In this document: positions 53,401 to 63,665 of the stretch, piece after piece | Position numbering within the stretch: the stretch's first letter is position 1 | How the letters are laid out: the number at the start of each line of letters is the position of its first letter | Source of the DNA: Hypanus sabinus | Taxonomy: Eukaryota | Reading direction: 5' to 3' | Assembly (NCBI RefSeq): GCF_030144855.1 | Contig: NC_082718.1 | Coordinates: forward strand, 31,248,001 to 31,312,000 | DNA length: 64,000 bases | Notes under the pieces: model-generated | Told to the model about the DNA's origin: nothing | What the model saw: the letters and a program-made list of their open reading frames with translations, nothing else | The model's database searches: none | Translations under genes and position numbers: made by a program

Positions 53401-56400
53401 AGAGACTTTGGTAATGCACCTCTGATGTAATTTCCGCCTGGAGAGGGCGGGCGCTAGGGATTAAATGCCAGCGCCGTGAAGTTTGAATAAACTGCTCTCG
53501 AAACGGCTTACCGACTGCGTGTCGTCTCTAGCTCTGTATGTAGTACATCGCTACATTGGGAAGATTTTCAACTGAGAATTTCAGAGTTCGGGGCTTAAAT
53601 TTGGGAAGTATGGGTGACAACGGCAAGAGAAGTCCAAGTCTCTTTCAGCATGAGAACAGTTTCAAGTGTTTCGATGAAGGGTCTCAGCTCAAAATGTCAA
53701 CTGTTAATCCCTTTTTGTAGATGCTGCCTGAACTGCTGAGTTCCTCCAGAAGTTTGTGTGCATTTCAAAAATGGGTACAAGACCAGAAATATTTGAAAGC
53801 AAGGGTGAGCATTTTAAATTGACGCCCGCTTCATCAAAGGCACTACTGTGTGTTTGCATGGACAGAGATAACAGGACAGTGATATTGGTGCAAATTAGGC
53901 CAGGGGCATCTGAGTTTTAAATAAACTGATTTTCAGAGAAGAGAATGAGCACATTGGGAAGGCTGCCTCACAACACAAGTCTGGGAGATGTCCAAACTCA
54001 GTCAAACAAAGATGGCAGTGTACAACACTTGTGTTACCAGCACACTATTGTACAGCAGCAAGATCCAGACAACATATGCCAAGCTGGAGAGAAGGCTCAA
54101 CACCTTCCATAAGGCATCTCCTGGAGAGACGGGAGTACCCATTGCTGAGGTTCTCTCTCATACCGGCCTCGTGTACACTTGGCTCAGGAAGCGCTGGCTG
54201 GGCCACATCTGCCACATACAGGATGGCCGCATCCTCTACTGTGAACTGGCTTCAGGCAAGAAAACCCCTGGGAGCCTGCAACTGCACTACAAGGATGTCT
54301 GCAAGCAGGACATGAAGGTGCTGGACATCATCAACATTGAGTCCAGGGAAGAAATTGCAGCGGACTGCACCAGGTGGAGAAGCATGCTGAAACACCACCT
54401 TAAGTCAGGCAGGGAACAATTCACAAAAGCAGCGAGCCCATAGAAGGGAACGCTGCATCTCCAGCGGAGCCGAGACCACTTATAGATACAACATTTGCCA
54501 CAGAGACTGACACTCTCACATCGGTCTTGTGAGCTACAGACAGTGCTACACTAACTACGTAAATAGCTAGGAGAGAACATCCAGGGTTGACTTCAACAGC
54601 GGAGGGCCACACTCTAAAAGAATTAGATTCAGCAATTCAGGCACCTGAGGCATAGAACACTAAACAGTACAGCACAGGATCGGGCCCATCATCCCAGCAG
54701 GTCCATCCTGACCAGTCTAACATCCCATCCATCTGTATATAATCCGTACTCACTGTTCATCACCTGTTCACATATCTGAAGGACAAACTTTGCTTTTGTA
54801 ACTCCTTCTATCACCTCCTATGTTTTACATTCCATTGTGCATAAAAAAACTTTCCTTGAAAATCTCCTTTAAACTTCCACCTCTCCTTAACTCCATGGCC
54901 TCTAGTACTTATCGTTTGGGAAAAGAATGACTGCCCAATCTATCCATGATTTGCATTGTTTTACATACACATGTGTAAAAGCAACTTTACTAGGTACACC
55001 TGCTCATTAAAACCATACACTATAGGAGCAGAAGTAGACCATTTGGTCCATTAAGTCTGCTCCGCCATTTCATCATGGCTCTTCCAATTTTTCTCTCAGC
55101 CCCAATCTCCTGCTTTCTCCCCTCATCCCTTTATGCACTGTCCAATCAAGCATCCATCAACCTCTGCCTTAAATATACATAAAAGACTTGGCCTCCAGAG
55201 ATGCCCATGGCAAAGAATTACACAGATTCACCACTGTCTGGCTAAAGAAATTCCTCCTCATCTCTGATTATGAGGCTGTCCTCAGGTCTTGGACTCTCCC
55301 ACTATAGGAAATATCCTCTACACATCCACTCTGTCAAAGGCCTTTTACCATTCGATAGGTTTCAATGAGGTCACCCCTCATTCTTCTGAATTATAGTGAA
55401 TACAGGCCCAAAGCCATCAAACTCTCTTCATTTGACAAATATCTAATCAATGTCCTTTGATGACATATGGAATCTCTTCAAACTCCTAATGAAGTAGAGT
55501 CACTGGAGTGCCTTCTTCATGTTTGCATCAACGTGTTTGCTCAGCACAGATGATCAGAGGTGTTAACACCGAGGAACTTCAATTTTTGAACGTGAAGTCC
55601 AAATTCGGATACCAAGCATGCAAACAACCTGCTCAGTTCAGACAGGTACCAAAGCTCAAGAATATGTACCACATGCTGTAGTACTCCACTGTTCTCAGAC
55701 TCCTGTAGGATAAAGTTGAGCTCTTGATCTCACCATTTCATGAATCTGGCACAGCTTACTTTCTACCTGCTCCACACTTACCGTGTAACTGCAACATTTT
55801 ATATAGCCTATCCCTTGTACTCCCTCAAAGTACTGAAATAGTGAAATAATTTGTATAGAGGTAAATTAAATAAAGTTTTTCCCCACTGTTCCTCAGTACA
55901 TGTGACAATAATAAACTACCATCTGTTTGTAGAGCCCAGTAAACCAGCCGATAACCGAGGGGAAATGGAAGGGGAAAGAGGCTGTTGAAGTGTTGGGAAC
56001 CACACTAATTAGTGGTTAACACAACACTAAAGTTCAATTATGACACCATCTGCAAGGAGTTTGTACATTCTCCCTGTGACCTCCAGGTGCTCCAGTTTCC
56101 TCACACTGTCCAAACACATACTGGTTAATAGCCTAATTTGTCAATGTAAAATTGTCCTGTCATTAGGCTAGAGATAAACAGGGGGCTTGCTTGTTGGTCA
56201 GAAGAGCCTGTTCCATATTGTATCTCAACACAAAAAAAGAGAAATCACAGACATTTACAGGAGCTAGAAACTCAACTTCACCAGGAGCCAGAGGGGATTC
56301 AGTACATCAATAAAACTTGCAAATTTCTTTCAATGCTTGTTGATCATTCTGATGGGTTGCATCACAGCCTGTTATGGAGGCTCCAATACACAGGATCATA

Positions 56401-57255
56401 AGAGCCTACAGGGGGCTTGTAAACTCAGCCAGCTCCATCTCAGGGACAATCCCCATCATCGAGGACATCTTCAAAAAGCAGTACCTCAAGGAGGCTGGCA
56501 TTGATCACTGAGGACCTTCATCATCTGGGACATGCCCCTTTCTTACAGACATCAGGGAGGAGGTACAGAAGCTTGAAGGCCACACTCAATGATTCAGAAA
56601 CAGTATCTTCCCCTCTAGCATCAGATTTCTGAATGGCGCATGAAGATGAACACTAAATCTTGAATTCAGTGGGTTAACTTACTTAGGAAACATAGCATGT
56701 AAATCAATTATGATATCAGAAGCAATGATACAACACATTGATACCATCGTGCAGAAGGCATCCTAAGGGCTCTACTTCATCAGGAGTCTGAGAAGATTCG
56801 ATTGTCACCAGACACTTACAACATTCTATGAATACTCCAATGCAGAGGATCGCATGAGGCTGCAGAGGGCCATAGAGTTAGCAATTTTCATTATGGGCAC
56901 ACTCCTCCCCATCATCAGGAGATGATGGAGCTCGAAAAGCCTAATAAACCGGCTGACAATTGAGAGGCAGTGGAGCGGGGAGCGCAGACGGTCAGGCATT
57001 TACAAGAACGTTTAAAGCGCTGGCTACACCGTAGATATTTGGGGCCTCATCTCTGGGCACGTTGTACAATCAGCCAGCTGTGTTGGACCGCATGTTACCC
57101 CACCACCCGCCGCAGTACAGCCAGGGCCCCAGGAAGGGTGGGAGGTCGAGGTCCAAGGGCTCTGGGGTGAGGAGCGTGGAATGAGGGTCCGCCAGTACCT
57201 TATACACCGCCACACAGCTACTAGTGCCCCCCAAATGCACCCCAATCGCCGCCAT
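20342..57255 (-). CDS. HSPA14: HSPA14 (heat shock 70 kDa protein 14 / Hsp70L1), complete 14-exon gene span; spliced CDS 1533 nt = 510 aa + stop
   Basis: All 14 exons located by hand, each with GT donor/AG acceptor and consistent phases. Translation runs [19 protein letters not shown]...[25 protein letters not shown] and is colinear with vertebrate HSPA14 as I recall it. Confidence 0.97.
20492..20960 (-). mobile_element. Tc1-like transposon remnant
   Basis: CACTCAGTGGCCACTTTATTAG terminus; ORF 20739..20927 '[37 protein letters not shown]' is a Tc1 HTH. Confidence 0.85.
20975..21424. mobile_element. truncated Tc1/mariner-pogo-like MITE with internal duplication
   Basis: Ends GCGGGGGAAACCTG|TA; duplicated CTACTTTATATAGGCTGTGTATTT at about 21019 and 21202. 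Confidence 0.55.
21445..23160. mobile_element. CR1 fragments (21445-22580 minus; 22750-23160 plus)
   Basis: '[13 protein letters not shown]', 'FNP...EV.HFGR.N', '[16 protein letters not shown]'. Confidence 0.85.
23407..23477 (-). CDS. HSPA14: HSPA14 exon 13 ([23 protein letters not shown])
   Basis: ctag|GTT ... AG|gtacgt; 71 nt. Confidence 0.95.
24169..25281 (-). mobile_element. L1/Tx1-clade LINE 3' fragment with ~15-bp TSD
   Basis: ORF 24475..25041 with '[18 protein letters not shown]'; AATAAA and A-tail; GCAGAATAAA(A/G)TGTT at 24154-24168 and 25282-25296. Confidence 0.88.
25739..25912 (-). CDS. HSPA14: HSPA14 exon 12 ([26 protein letters not shown]...DKVAQ)
   Basis: acag|GAG ... CAG|gtgtgt; 174 nt. 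Confidence 0.96.
27008..27223 (-). CDS. HSPA14: HSPA14 exon 11 ([21 protein letters not shown]...[10 protein letters not shown])
   Basis: atag|GTT ... AAG|gtacta; 216 nt; adenosine-binding LCGGS.RIP and PDE motifs. Confidence 0.97.
28502..29205 (-). mobile_element. Tigger/pogo-type non-autonomous DNA transposon
   Basis: TIRs CAGGCAGTCCCCG / CGGGGACTGCCTG with TA on both sides; ORF 28618..28845 resembles a CENP-B/psq-type HTH transposase N-terminus. Confidence 0.88.
29227..29441 (+). mobile_element. solo LTR (215 bp) of a related Gypsy family
   Basis: TGTGGCGACCCA...CACCGCTACA termini like those of the 49359 element; perfect 4-bp TSD ATCA (29223-29226, 29442-29445); internal TTAAAA and AATAAA. 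Confidence 0.92.
29446..31135 (-). mobile_element. Rex1/Babar-type LINE fragment (endonuclease + RT N-part)
   Basis: ORFs 29443..29799, 30541..30894 ('YLPREYS', 'ADFNQA.L', 'FG.S.HLAV.LLP'). Confidence 0.85.
33363..33465 (-). CDS. HSPA14: HSPA14 exon 10 ([35 protein letters not shown])
   Basis: ctag|G ... AAG|gtttgt; 103 nt; RARFE motif. Confidence 0.95.
36021..36176 (-). CDS. HSPA14: HSPA14 exon 9 ([51 protein letters not shown])
   Basis: atag|G ... AG|gtatgt; 156 nt. Confidence 0.97.
37537..37698 (-). CDS. HSPA14: HSPA14 exon 8 ([28 protein letters not shown]...LASEFQR)
   Basis: acag|T ... AG|gtaagg; 162 nt; within ORF 37533..37724. Confidence 0.97.
38129..38233 (-). CDS. HSPA14: HSPA14 exon 7 ([35 protein letters not shown])
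   Basis: gcag|G ... AG|gtactt; 105 nt; Hsp70 connect-1 motif LRLIHEP. Confidence 0.96.
39037..39127 (-). CDS. HSPA14: HSPA14 exon 6 ([30 protein letters not shown])
   Basis: ccag|AA ... AG|gtgagg; 91 nt; VVITVP motif. Confidence 0.96.
40604..40709 (-). CDS. HSPA14: HSPA14 exon 5 ([35 protein letters not shown])
   Basis: acag|CTG ... AAA G|gtaatt; 106 nt. Confidence 0.96.
40820..42405 (+). mobile_element. CR1 3' fragment interrupted by a ~880-bp GC-rich non-autonomous retroposon (~41010-41895)
   Basis: CR1 ORF2 C-terminus on both sides; the insert starts near CAAGATGGTGGC and ends GACAATAAACTGAATCTGAA. Confidence 0.72.
43942..43990 (-). CDS. HSPA14: HSPA14 exon 4 ([17 protein letters not shown])
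   Basis: ttag|T ... TCG|gtaagt; 49 nt. Confidence 0.95.
45591..45673 (-). CDS. HSPA14: HSPA14 exon 3 ([27 protein letters not shown])
   Basis: ttag|GTT ... TG|gtgagt; 83 nt; preceded by a 77-nt intron. Confidence 0.96.
45751..45831 (-). CDS. HSPA14: HSPA14 exon 2 ([27 protein letters not shown])
   Basis: ccag|GAT ... AAG|gtattc; 81 nt; Hsp70 'N..G.R.TP..VA' motif. Confidence 0.96.
46707..47107 (+). mobile_element. RTE-related (Expander/Rex3-like 5' UTR) short retroposon with 11-bp TSD
   Basis: ATTAACAATAA at 46696-46706 and 47108-47118; contains GGGCTAACAACCCT typical of RTE 5' UTRs. Confidence 0.6.
48479..49253 (+). mobile_element. Tigger/MER2-like MITE carrying an internal fragment of the 28502-type element
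   Basis: TIRs CAGTCGGCCCTCCTTATCC / GGATAAGGAGGGCCAACTG, TA-flanked; internal ~48660-49052 is homologous to 28502-28900. Confidence 0.85.
49572..49585 (+). other. primer-binding site complementary to the tRNA-Trp 3' end
   Basis: TGGTGACCCCGACG, 1 nt after the 5' LTR; matches the reverse complement of vertebrate tRNA-Trp ...CGTCGGGGTCACCA. Confidence 0.88.
49610..53300 (+). pseudogene. Gypsy gag-pol, broken by frameshifts and in-frame stops
   Basis: Pieces in ORFs 49571..51001 (gag, protease), 50604.., 50890..51132 and 51232..52434 (RT/RNase H), 52697..53086 and 53138.. (integrase). Confidence 0.92.
53945..54560 (+). mobile_element. RTE-clade LINE 3' fragment
   Basis: ORF 53988..54443 'TKMAVYN.CV.STLLY.S', 'RWLGHI', 'LY.EL..G', 'YKDVCK.DMK'. 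Confidence 0.82.
57199..57255 (-). CDS. HSPA14: HSPA14 exon 1 ([19 protein letters not shown])
   Basis: ATG in AAGATGGCG context; ends AAG|gtactg; 57 nt. Confidence 0.97.
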
Positions 57256-57524
57256 CTTCATAGTCCCCAACACAGGTCGCGCAGCACTCCGGGAATCCTT
57301 CGGGATGACTCCCGCACCGACCAATCGGAATCGGGAGAAGCGCAAAACCACATGATGATTGGCTGACGGGTCACCAATGGACGGGTGGCGGGCAAAGGAG
57401 TCGGCATTTCTATTGAAGGATTGTCGACCAATGTCAATGGACTTGAAGGGGTATTCTGATTGGGGAATATTTCCGACTCTAACGTCACATCCTGCCGTTG
57501 CCCCGTTGTTTACTTTCGGTGGCG
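57256..57524. promoter_or_regulatory. bidirectional CpG-rich promoter shared by HSPA14 and CDNF, with five CCAAT/ATTGG boxes
   Basis: 269 bp between divergent ATGs; CCAAT at 57321, 57374, 57428; ATTGG at 57358, 57459; CpG-rich from about 56960 to 57740. Confidence 0.85.
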
Positions 57525-57639
57525 ATGTGGTCGCATCCTCAACTGGCGCCGGGTGTTGGTTCGATCCCGGCGGTGCTGCTTCTCCTCACGGTGTGGGCAC
57601 CGCTGCTGCCTGGCGCCTTGGGGCCGGGGCAGTGTGAAG
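57525..57639 (+). CDS. CDNF: exon 1 of a CDNF/MANF (ARMET-family) secreted/ER neurotrophic factor; signal peptide plus first conserved Cys; remaining exons not found in the window
   Basis: MWSHPQLAPGVGSIPAVLLLLTVWAPLLPGALGPGQCE, then G|gtgagc (phase-1 donor after 'CE', as in CDNF/MANF). Hydrophobic signal peptide. Head-to-head with HSPA14, as CDNF is in human. Confidence 0.85.
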
Positions 57640-58308
57640 GTGAGCAGCGGGCCTGGGACCTGGCATCCCCTCGCATCTCCTCCCAACACCTCCCCCCGAG
57701 TCATCGTCCATACCGGTGAACCTTCGCCCCCAGATGGAATCCTTGCTTCTGTCCCTTTGCTTTCTCATACCCCCACCCCTCATCACCCACTCTTCTGTTC
57801 CCTGTCAGCACCCCCCGAGCCCTGTTGTTCCACTCCACACATCTCCCCCCCCCTCCCCCGTCAGCCCACTAATCCCACTTTACTAAGCACTCTAATACTG
57901 GGGGAGATGGGGTCTACTCCATACACTGTTTGTACAGTGAACTCCATCTTCTGGGTGTGGATTTAAATGCTTCTCAGTGATTTGACCAGCACCTTCACAT
58001 GAACTTTGCTACACACGGGAACTTGCTGTACATTTCCTACCTTACGAGGTTGACTGCATTTTGAAAGCAGCACGTTGACTAGTGGTTGGCATAACACTTT
58101 TCAGTACTGTTGACCTGGGTTCATTTTCCACCACTGTCTGTAAGAAGCTTGCACTTTCTCGCTGTGACCGCGTGAGTTTCCTCCGGGTGCTCCGGCTTCC
58201 TCCCTCGTTCTAAAGATTGGTAGGTTAATTGGTCATTGTAAATTGTCTTCTGGTTAAGTTTGCAAGATGCTGAATACAAAGACCAGATTGATTATTTTTT
58301 CACCCTGT

Positions 58309-58351
58309 TCTCTCTCTCTCTCTCTCTCTCCCCACCCCCCCCCCCCCCCCC
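58309..58351. repeat. (TC)n microsatellite plus poly-C run
   Basis: Read directly. Confidence 0.9.
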
Positions 58352-60984
58352 AATGCTCCCAGCCTTGGCTTTCCTTTTAAAATTGCTGCCAGGGACAGGG
58401 TTTACATTAAATTATTTCTCTGTGAGTTGTGGTTTCTTTATTAATGAGGAATCTTTCCCTAAGAAAAAAGTTGGGAATTACAACCTCCACTGTCATTAAC
58501 TTGCCCCCAAATCACCCCATCCATCCTCCTCACTAAGTTGGGAGAGTACATAATTTTCAGAATCAAGTTTAATGTCACTAGGATAAGTTGTGAAATTTGT
58601 TGTTACGTGGCAGCAGTAAACTACAGTACATATATATTTTAAAAATTAAATGAGTACAAAAAGATGGGAGAAAATAGGCAGTCTTCATGGGTTCAATGCC
58701 CATTCAGAAATCGGATGGCAAAATGCAGTTCCTGAAACATTGACTGTGTGCCTTCATTCTCCTGTACCACCACCTTGTGGTAGCAATAAGAAGAGAGAAT
58801 GTCCTAGGTGATGGGGGTCCGTAATGATGGATGCTGCCTTTTTGAGACATCACTTCTTTAAATGGCAACTTAAATTGTAAGCAATGTCAAGAAGATTTAA
58901 AGTGAAAATGCTAAATATTATTGATCTATTAAAAACCTAGCAGTACAGGTGAGTAAAGATCAGTCTGGTGGAAATTCAGTAAAGCTGTAAAATATAATTT
59001 GTTGCGTGTTGGAAATGTCATGAAGTGACTAAATTATTTCTACAGTTTGAGAGTTTTGATTTATTGTCATCTACACAGGTGTAATGGCAAACTTGCAGCA
59101 ACATAGGCACACAGCATCAAATAAGCAACATTTGCAAGGAAAAAGACTATTAATAATTTCTACACAATTTTCACAAGACGAACACGATTAGAACAAAAAC
59201 GTCTATTTTAGAGCAAAGTGGTTACAATGTGACTACACTTCAGTGACTAACATTATGCCAGTTGGTTCAAGAACCAAGTGGTTGAAGGCAAGTAGCTGTT
59301 TCTGAACCTGATGGTGTGGGACTTCAGGCTTCTGTACCTCCTGCTCGATGGGAGCTGTGGGAAGATTGTGTGGCCCATATGGTGGGGATCTTTGATGATA
59401 CTGTTACCTTGAGGTAGCACCTCCTGTAGATGCTACTGATGATGGGGTGGGATGTGGCATGTTGGATTGATTCCATTCAACTCTGGAGGTTCTAAGATTC
59501 CTGCATATATGAATATCTGTACCAGACCCTGATGCAAACAGGCAGGACATCTTTGTACCAGTGCAATGTACTGTACCTAATGCAAACACGGTATTTGCTT
59601 GTTGCTGAATTATGCAAATAACTGTTCTAAACCTGTTTGATTTTAAGCATGTTTAGCACACAAGCAGCAAAGATCATGAAGACTGGCTGGCATGCAGCAA
59701 GTGATGCATTGTAACATTTTGTACATGGTGAGTGTGTACATGACTTTTTGATTATTATAAACCAAGCTGCTGGTTATTGCTTTAAATGGTGTGATTCTAC
59801 ATTCTGTTGGGAATTGTGTGCAGTCTGACCTAACCTTGATTGTATCCAAATGCAAGAGTTCTCTTGAGTTAAAATGTTTGTGGTGTCTTTCTGCAGCCTT
59901 ATTATTCTGTGTTTTTGGTATTTTCATCTATGGGTCTTGCAATGTCTGTGTTGGTCTGCATCTTGCTCTGTAAGTTGCTTAAAATTGAAGGATAATTTGT
60001 GAGGTCCAATATTGAAAATGAAGAACAACACGCACAGCACATATAATTACAATAGCAGAAAAACATAATTACAAAAATAATAATTACTTTTATTGTTTGG
60101 ATTGTTTTTCTGTTATCAGTCCTGAAGAAGGGTCTTGGCCCAAAAAGCTGACTGTTGATTCATTTCCATTGATGCTGCCAGACCTGAGTTCCTCCAGCTT
60201 TGCATGTGCTTGTCACTTTGGACTTCCAGCATCTGTAGAATCTGCATTTATAGAAAACAAGAACTATTAACAGCTTTCTCTCTAACAGCTGGCATTAGTG
60301 CACAAATGTGTTTTTATTCAAATGCATTTTATCCAAGCTGCTTTAATAGTGCTTGTGCATGTGCATGTTGGTGGTCTGACTGCACGCGTTTTGACTGCTG
60401 TTGTTTGGAAGAAACATTGAGGTTAAGGAATCGTATGTGCTGAATACACTGTATATTAGAGATGCTGAGTTGCACATTCAAAAAAGTTTGAAGCAGGTGC
60501 TTGTCAAGACGGTGGTTGAACTGGTTACCTTTCAAAATTCTGCAAACTCAGGAATGGTACCTACATTTTGGACGGTAGCCAATGAGTGTTGTATAAGAAA
60601 GAAGCATGAGACATGGGAGCATAATTAAACTATTTGGCCCATCAAGGCAACTCTGCCATTCTGTCATGGCTGATTTATCATCCCTCTCAACACCAATCTC
60701 CTGCCTTCTCCCCATAACCTTTAGCGCCCTGATTAATCAGAACATATTACCCTCCATTTCAAATATACCCAATCACTTGTCCTCCACAGACATCTGTAGC
60801 AATGAATTTCACAGATTCACAGCTCACTTCACTAAAGGAGGGACAAAGCCAGTGAAGAGCGTCTGATCTGTAAACTAACATCAGCAGCAGGGAGACCTCT
60901 GGGATCTGTAATGAAAAATAACTCTTAGGGAAAGCATAATCACCAGAGATTCATGTATGAAGATTGTTTTGAGGACAAATAATA

Positions 60985-61388
60985 ACTTTATTTATAGAGC
61001 ACTTTTCATACAGCCGAGGCATTTCAAAGTGCTTTACAATGGAATAAAAGTACAAAATGAGAATAAAATACAAAAATAAACATGAAAGTAAAAGACAAAG
61101 ATATTATTTAAAAGCAAAGTTAAATAAATAGGTTTTGAATTGGCATTTAAAAGTGTCAACTGAGTCTGCATCCCTTATAATTTTAGGTATTGAATTCAAA
61201 AAAAGCTGACCTGTCAATTATCTTTTGAGGGAGATTGTTTAAATTTAAGCGAATGGCAGAAGATGACCTGAGAACTCGAGCAGGGTAATAAAATGAAAAC
61301 AATTCTGCATTGTATTCTAGTCCCAGATCATTAAGTACCTTAAAAACCGGTAAGAGAATTCTAAAAGATACAGGAGGCCAATGCAGAG
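60985..61388 (-). mobile_element. L2 LINE 3' fragment
   Basis: 'LHW.PV.FRI...L.VFK.LN.L...Y..EL...Y.P.R.LRS'; tail ...AAAAGTGCTCTATAAATAAA. Confidence 0.75.
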
Positions 61389-63665
61389 TATAACCATATA
61401 ACATTTGCAGCACAGATACAGGCCTTCTAGGCCCTTTTAGTCCATGCCGAACGCTTACTCTCACCTAGTCCCACCGACCTGCACTCAGCCGATAACCCTC
61501 CATTCCTTTCCTGTCCATATACCTATCCAATTATACTTTAAATGACAATATCGAACCTGCCTCTACCACTTCTAGAAACATAAAATAGGTGCAGGAGTAG
61601 GCCATTCAGCCCTTCGAGCCTGCACTGCCATTCAGTATGATCATGGCTGATCATCCAACTCAGAACCCTGTACCTGCTTTCTCTCCATACCCCCTGATCC
61701 TTTAGCCACAAGGGCCATATCTAACTTTCTCTTAAATGTAGCCAATGAACCGGCCTCAACTGTTTCCTGTGGCAGAGAATTCCACAGATTCAGCACTCTC
61801 TGTGTGAAGAAGTTTTTCCTCATCTTGGTCCTAAAAGGCTTCCCCTTTATCCTTAAGCTGTGACCCCTCGTTCTGGACTTCCCCAACATCGGAAACAATC
61901 TTCCTGCATCTAGCCTGTCCAATCCCTTTAGAATTTTATACGTTTCAATAAGATCCCCCCTCAATCTTCTAAATTCCAGTGAGTATAAGCCTAGTCGATC
62001 CAGTCTTCATATGAAAGTCCTGCCATCCCAGGAATCAATCCGGTGAACCTTCTCTGTACTCCCTCTATGGCAAGAATGTCTTTCCTCAGATTAGGGGACC
62101 AAAATTGCACACAATACTCTAGGTGCGGTCTCACCAAGGCCTTGTACAACTGCAGTAGAACCTCCCTGCTCCTGTACTCAAATCCTTTTGCTATGAATGC
62201 CAACATACCATTTGCCTTTTTCACTGCCTGCTGTACTTGCATGCCCACCTTCAATGACTGGTGTACAATGACACCCAGGTCTCGTCGCATCTCCCCTTTT
62301 CCTAATCGGCCACCGTTCAGATAATAATCTGTTTTCCTGTTCTTGCAACCAAAGTGGATAACCTCACATTTATCCACATTAAATTGCATCTGCCATGAAT
62401 TTGCCCACTCACCTAACCTATCCAAGTCATCCTGCATCCTCTTAGCATCCTCCTCACAGCTAACACCGCCACCCAGCTTCGTGTCATCTGCAAACTTGGA
62501 GATGCTGCATTTAATTCCCTTGTCTAAATCATTAATATATATTGTAAACAACTGGGGTCCCAGCACTGAGCCTTGCGGTACCCCACTAGTCACTGCCTGC
62601 CATTCTAAAAAGGTCCCGTTTACTCCCACTCTTTGCTTCCTGTCTGCCAACCAATTCTCTATCCACATCAATACCATACCCCCAATACCATGTGCTTTAA
62701 GTTTGCACACTAATCTTCTACTGGAAGCTCGTTCCACACAGCTACCACTCTCTGACTAAAGAAATTCCCCCTCGTGTTACCGCTAAACTTTTGCCCCCTA
62801 ACTCTCAACTCGTGTCCTCTTGTTTGAATCTCCCCTACTCTCAATGGAAAAAACCTATCCACGTCAACACTGTCGATCCCCCCTCATAATTTTAAATACC
62901 TCTATCAAGTCACCCCTCAATCTTCTATTCTCCAAAGAATAAAGACCCAACTTTTCAATCTTTCTCGGTAACTTGGGTGCTGAAACCCAGATAACATTCT
63001 AGTAAATCTCTTCTGTACTCTCTCTATTTTGTTGACATCTTTCCTATAATTTGGTGACCAGAACTGTACACAATACTCCAAATTTGGCCTCACCAATGCC
63101 TTGTACAATTTTAACATTACATACCAACTTCTGTATTCAATGCTCTGATTTATAAGGCCAGCATATCAAAAGCTTTCTTCACCACCCTGTCCACATGAGA
63201 TTCCACCTTCAGGGAACTATGCACCATTATTCCTAGATCACTCTGTTTTATTGCATTCTTCAATGCCCTACCATTTACCATGTATGTCCTATTTTGATTA
63301 TTCCTACCAAAATGTAGCACCTCACACTTATCAGCATTAAACTCCATCTGCCATCTTTCAGCCCACTCTTCTAACTGGCCTAAATTTCTCTGCAAGCTTT
63401 GAAAACCTACTTCATTATCCACAACGCCACCTATCTTAGTACCATCTGCATACTTACTAATCCAATTTACCAGATCATTAATGTATATGACAAACAACAT
63501 TGGACCCTATACAGATCCTTGAGGCACACCACTAGACACCGGCCTCCAACCTGACAGTTACCCACCACTACTCTCTAGCATCTCCCATCCAGCCACTGTT
63601 GAATCCATTTTATTATTTCAATATTAATACCTAACAATTGAACCTTCCTAATTAACCTTCCGTGT
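61389..63665 (-). mobile_element. CR1 copy (61389-61574, resuming 62715-63665) split by a younger CR1 insertion (61575-62714)
   Basis: 248-aa RT ORF 61991..62737 (PQGSVLGP, FADDTK); CTTCTA at 61569 and 62715 flanks the inner copy. Confidence 0.9.

Larger units (their letters stand above)
49359..53555 (+). mobile_element. full-length decayed Ty3/Gypsy LTR retrotransposon (4197 bp) in HSPA14 intron 1, antisense to the gene
   Basis: 212-bp TG...CA LTRs (49359-49570, 53344-53555); PBS; G-run PPT about 53330-53340; domain order gag-PR(LVDTG)-RT(YLDD)-RNaseH-IN(HxxxHP..CxxC, HVD, SDRG, NGLVER); flanks ATGG/TTGG. Confidence 0.96.

Noticed and set aside
57256-57524. ERSE/ERSE-II or heat-shock element
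   Set aside because: The CCAAT boxes I checked lack CCACG at the required spacing, and I saw no clean triple nGAAn array
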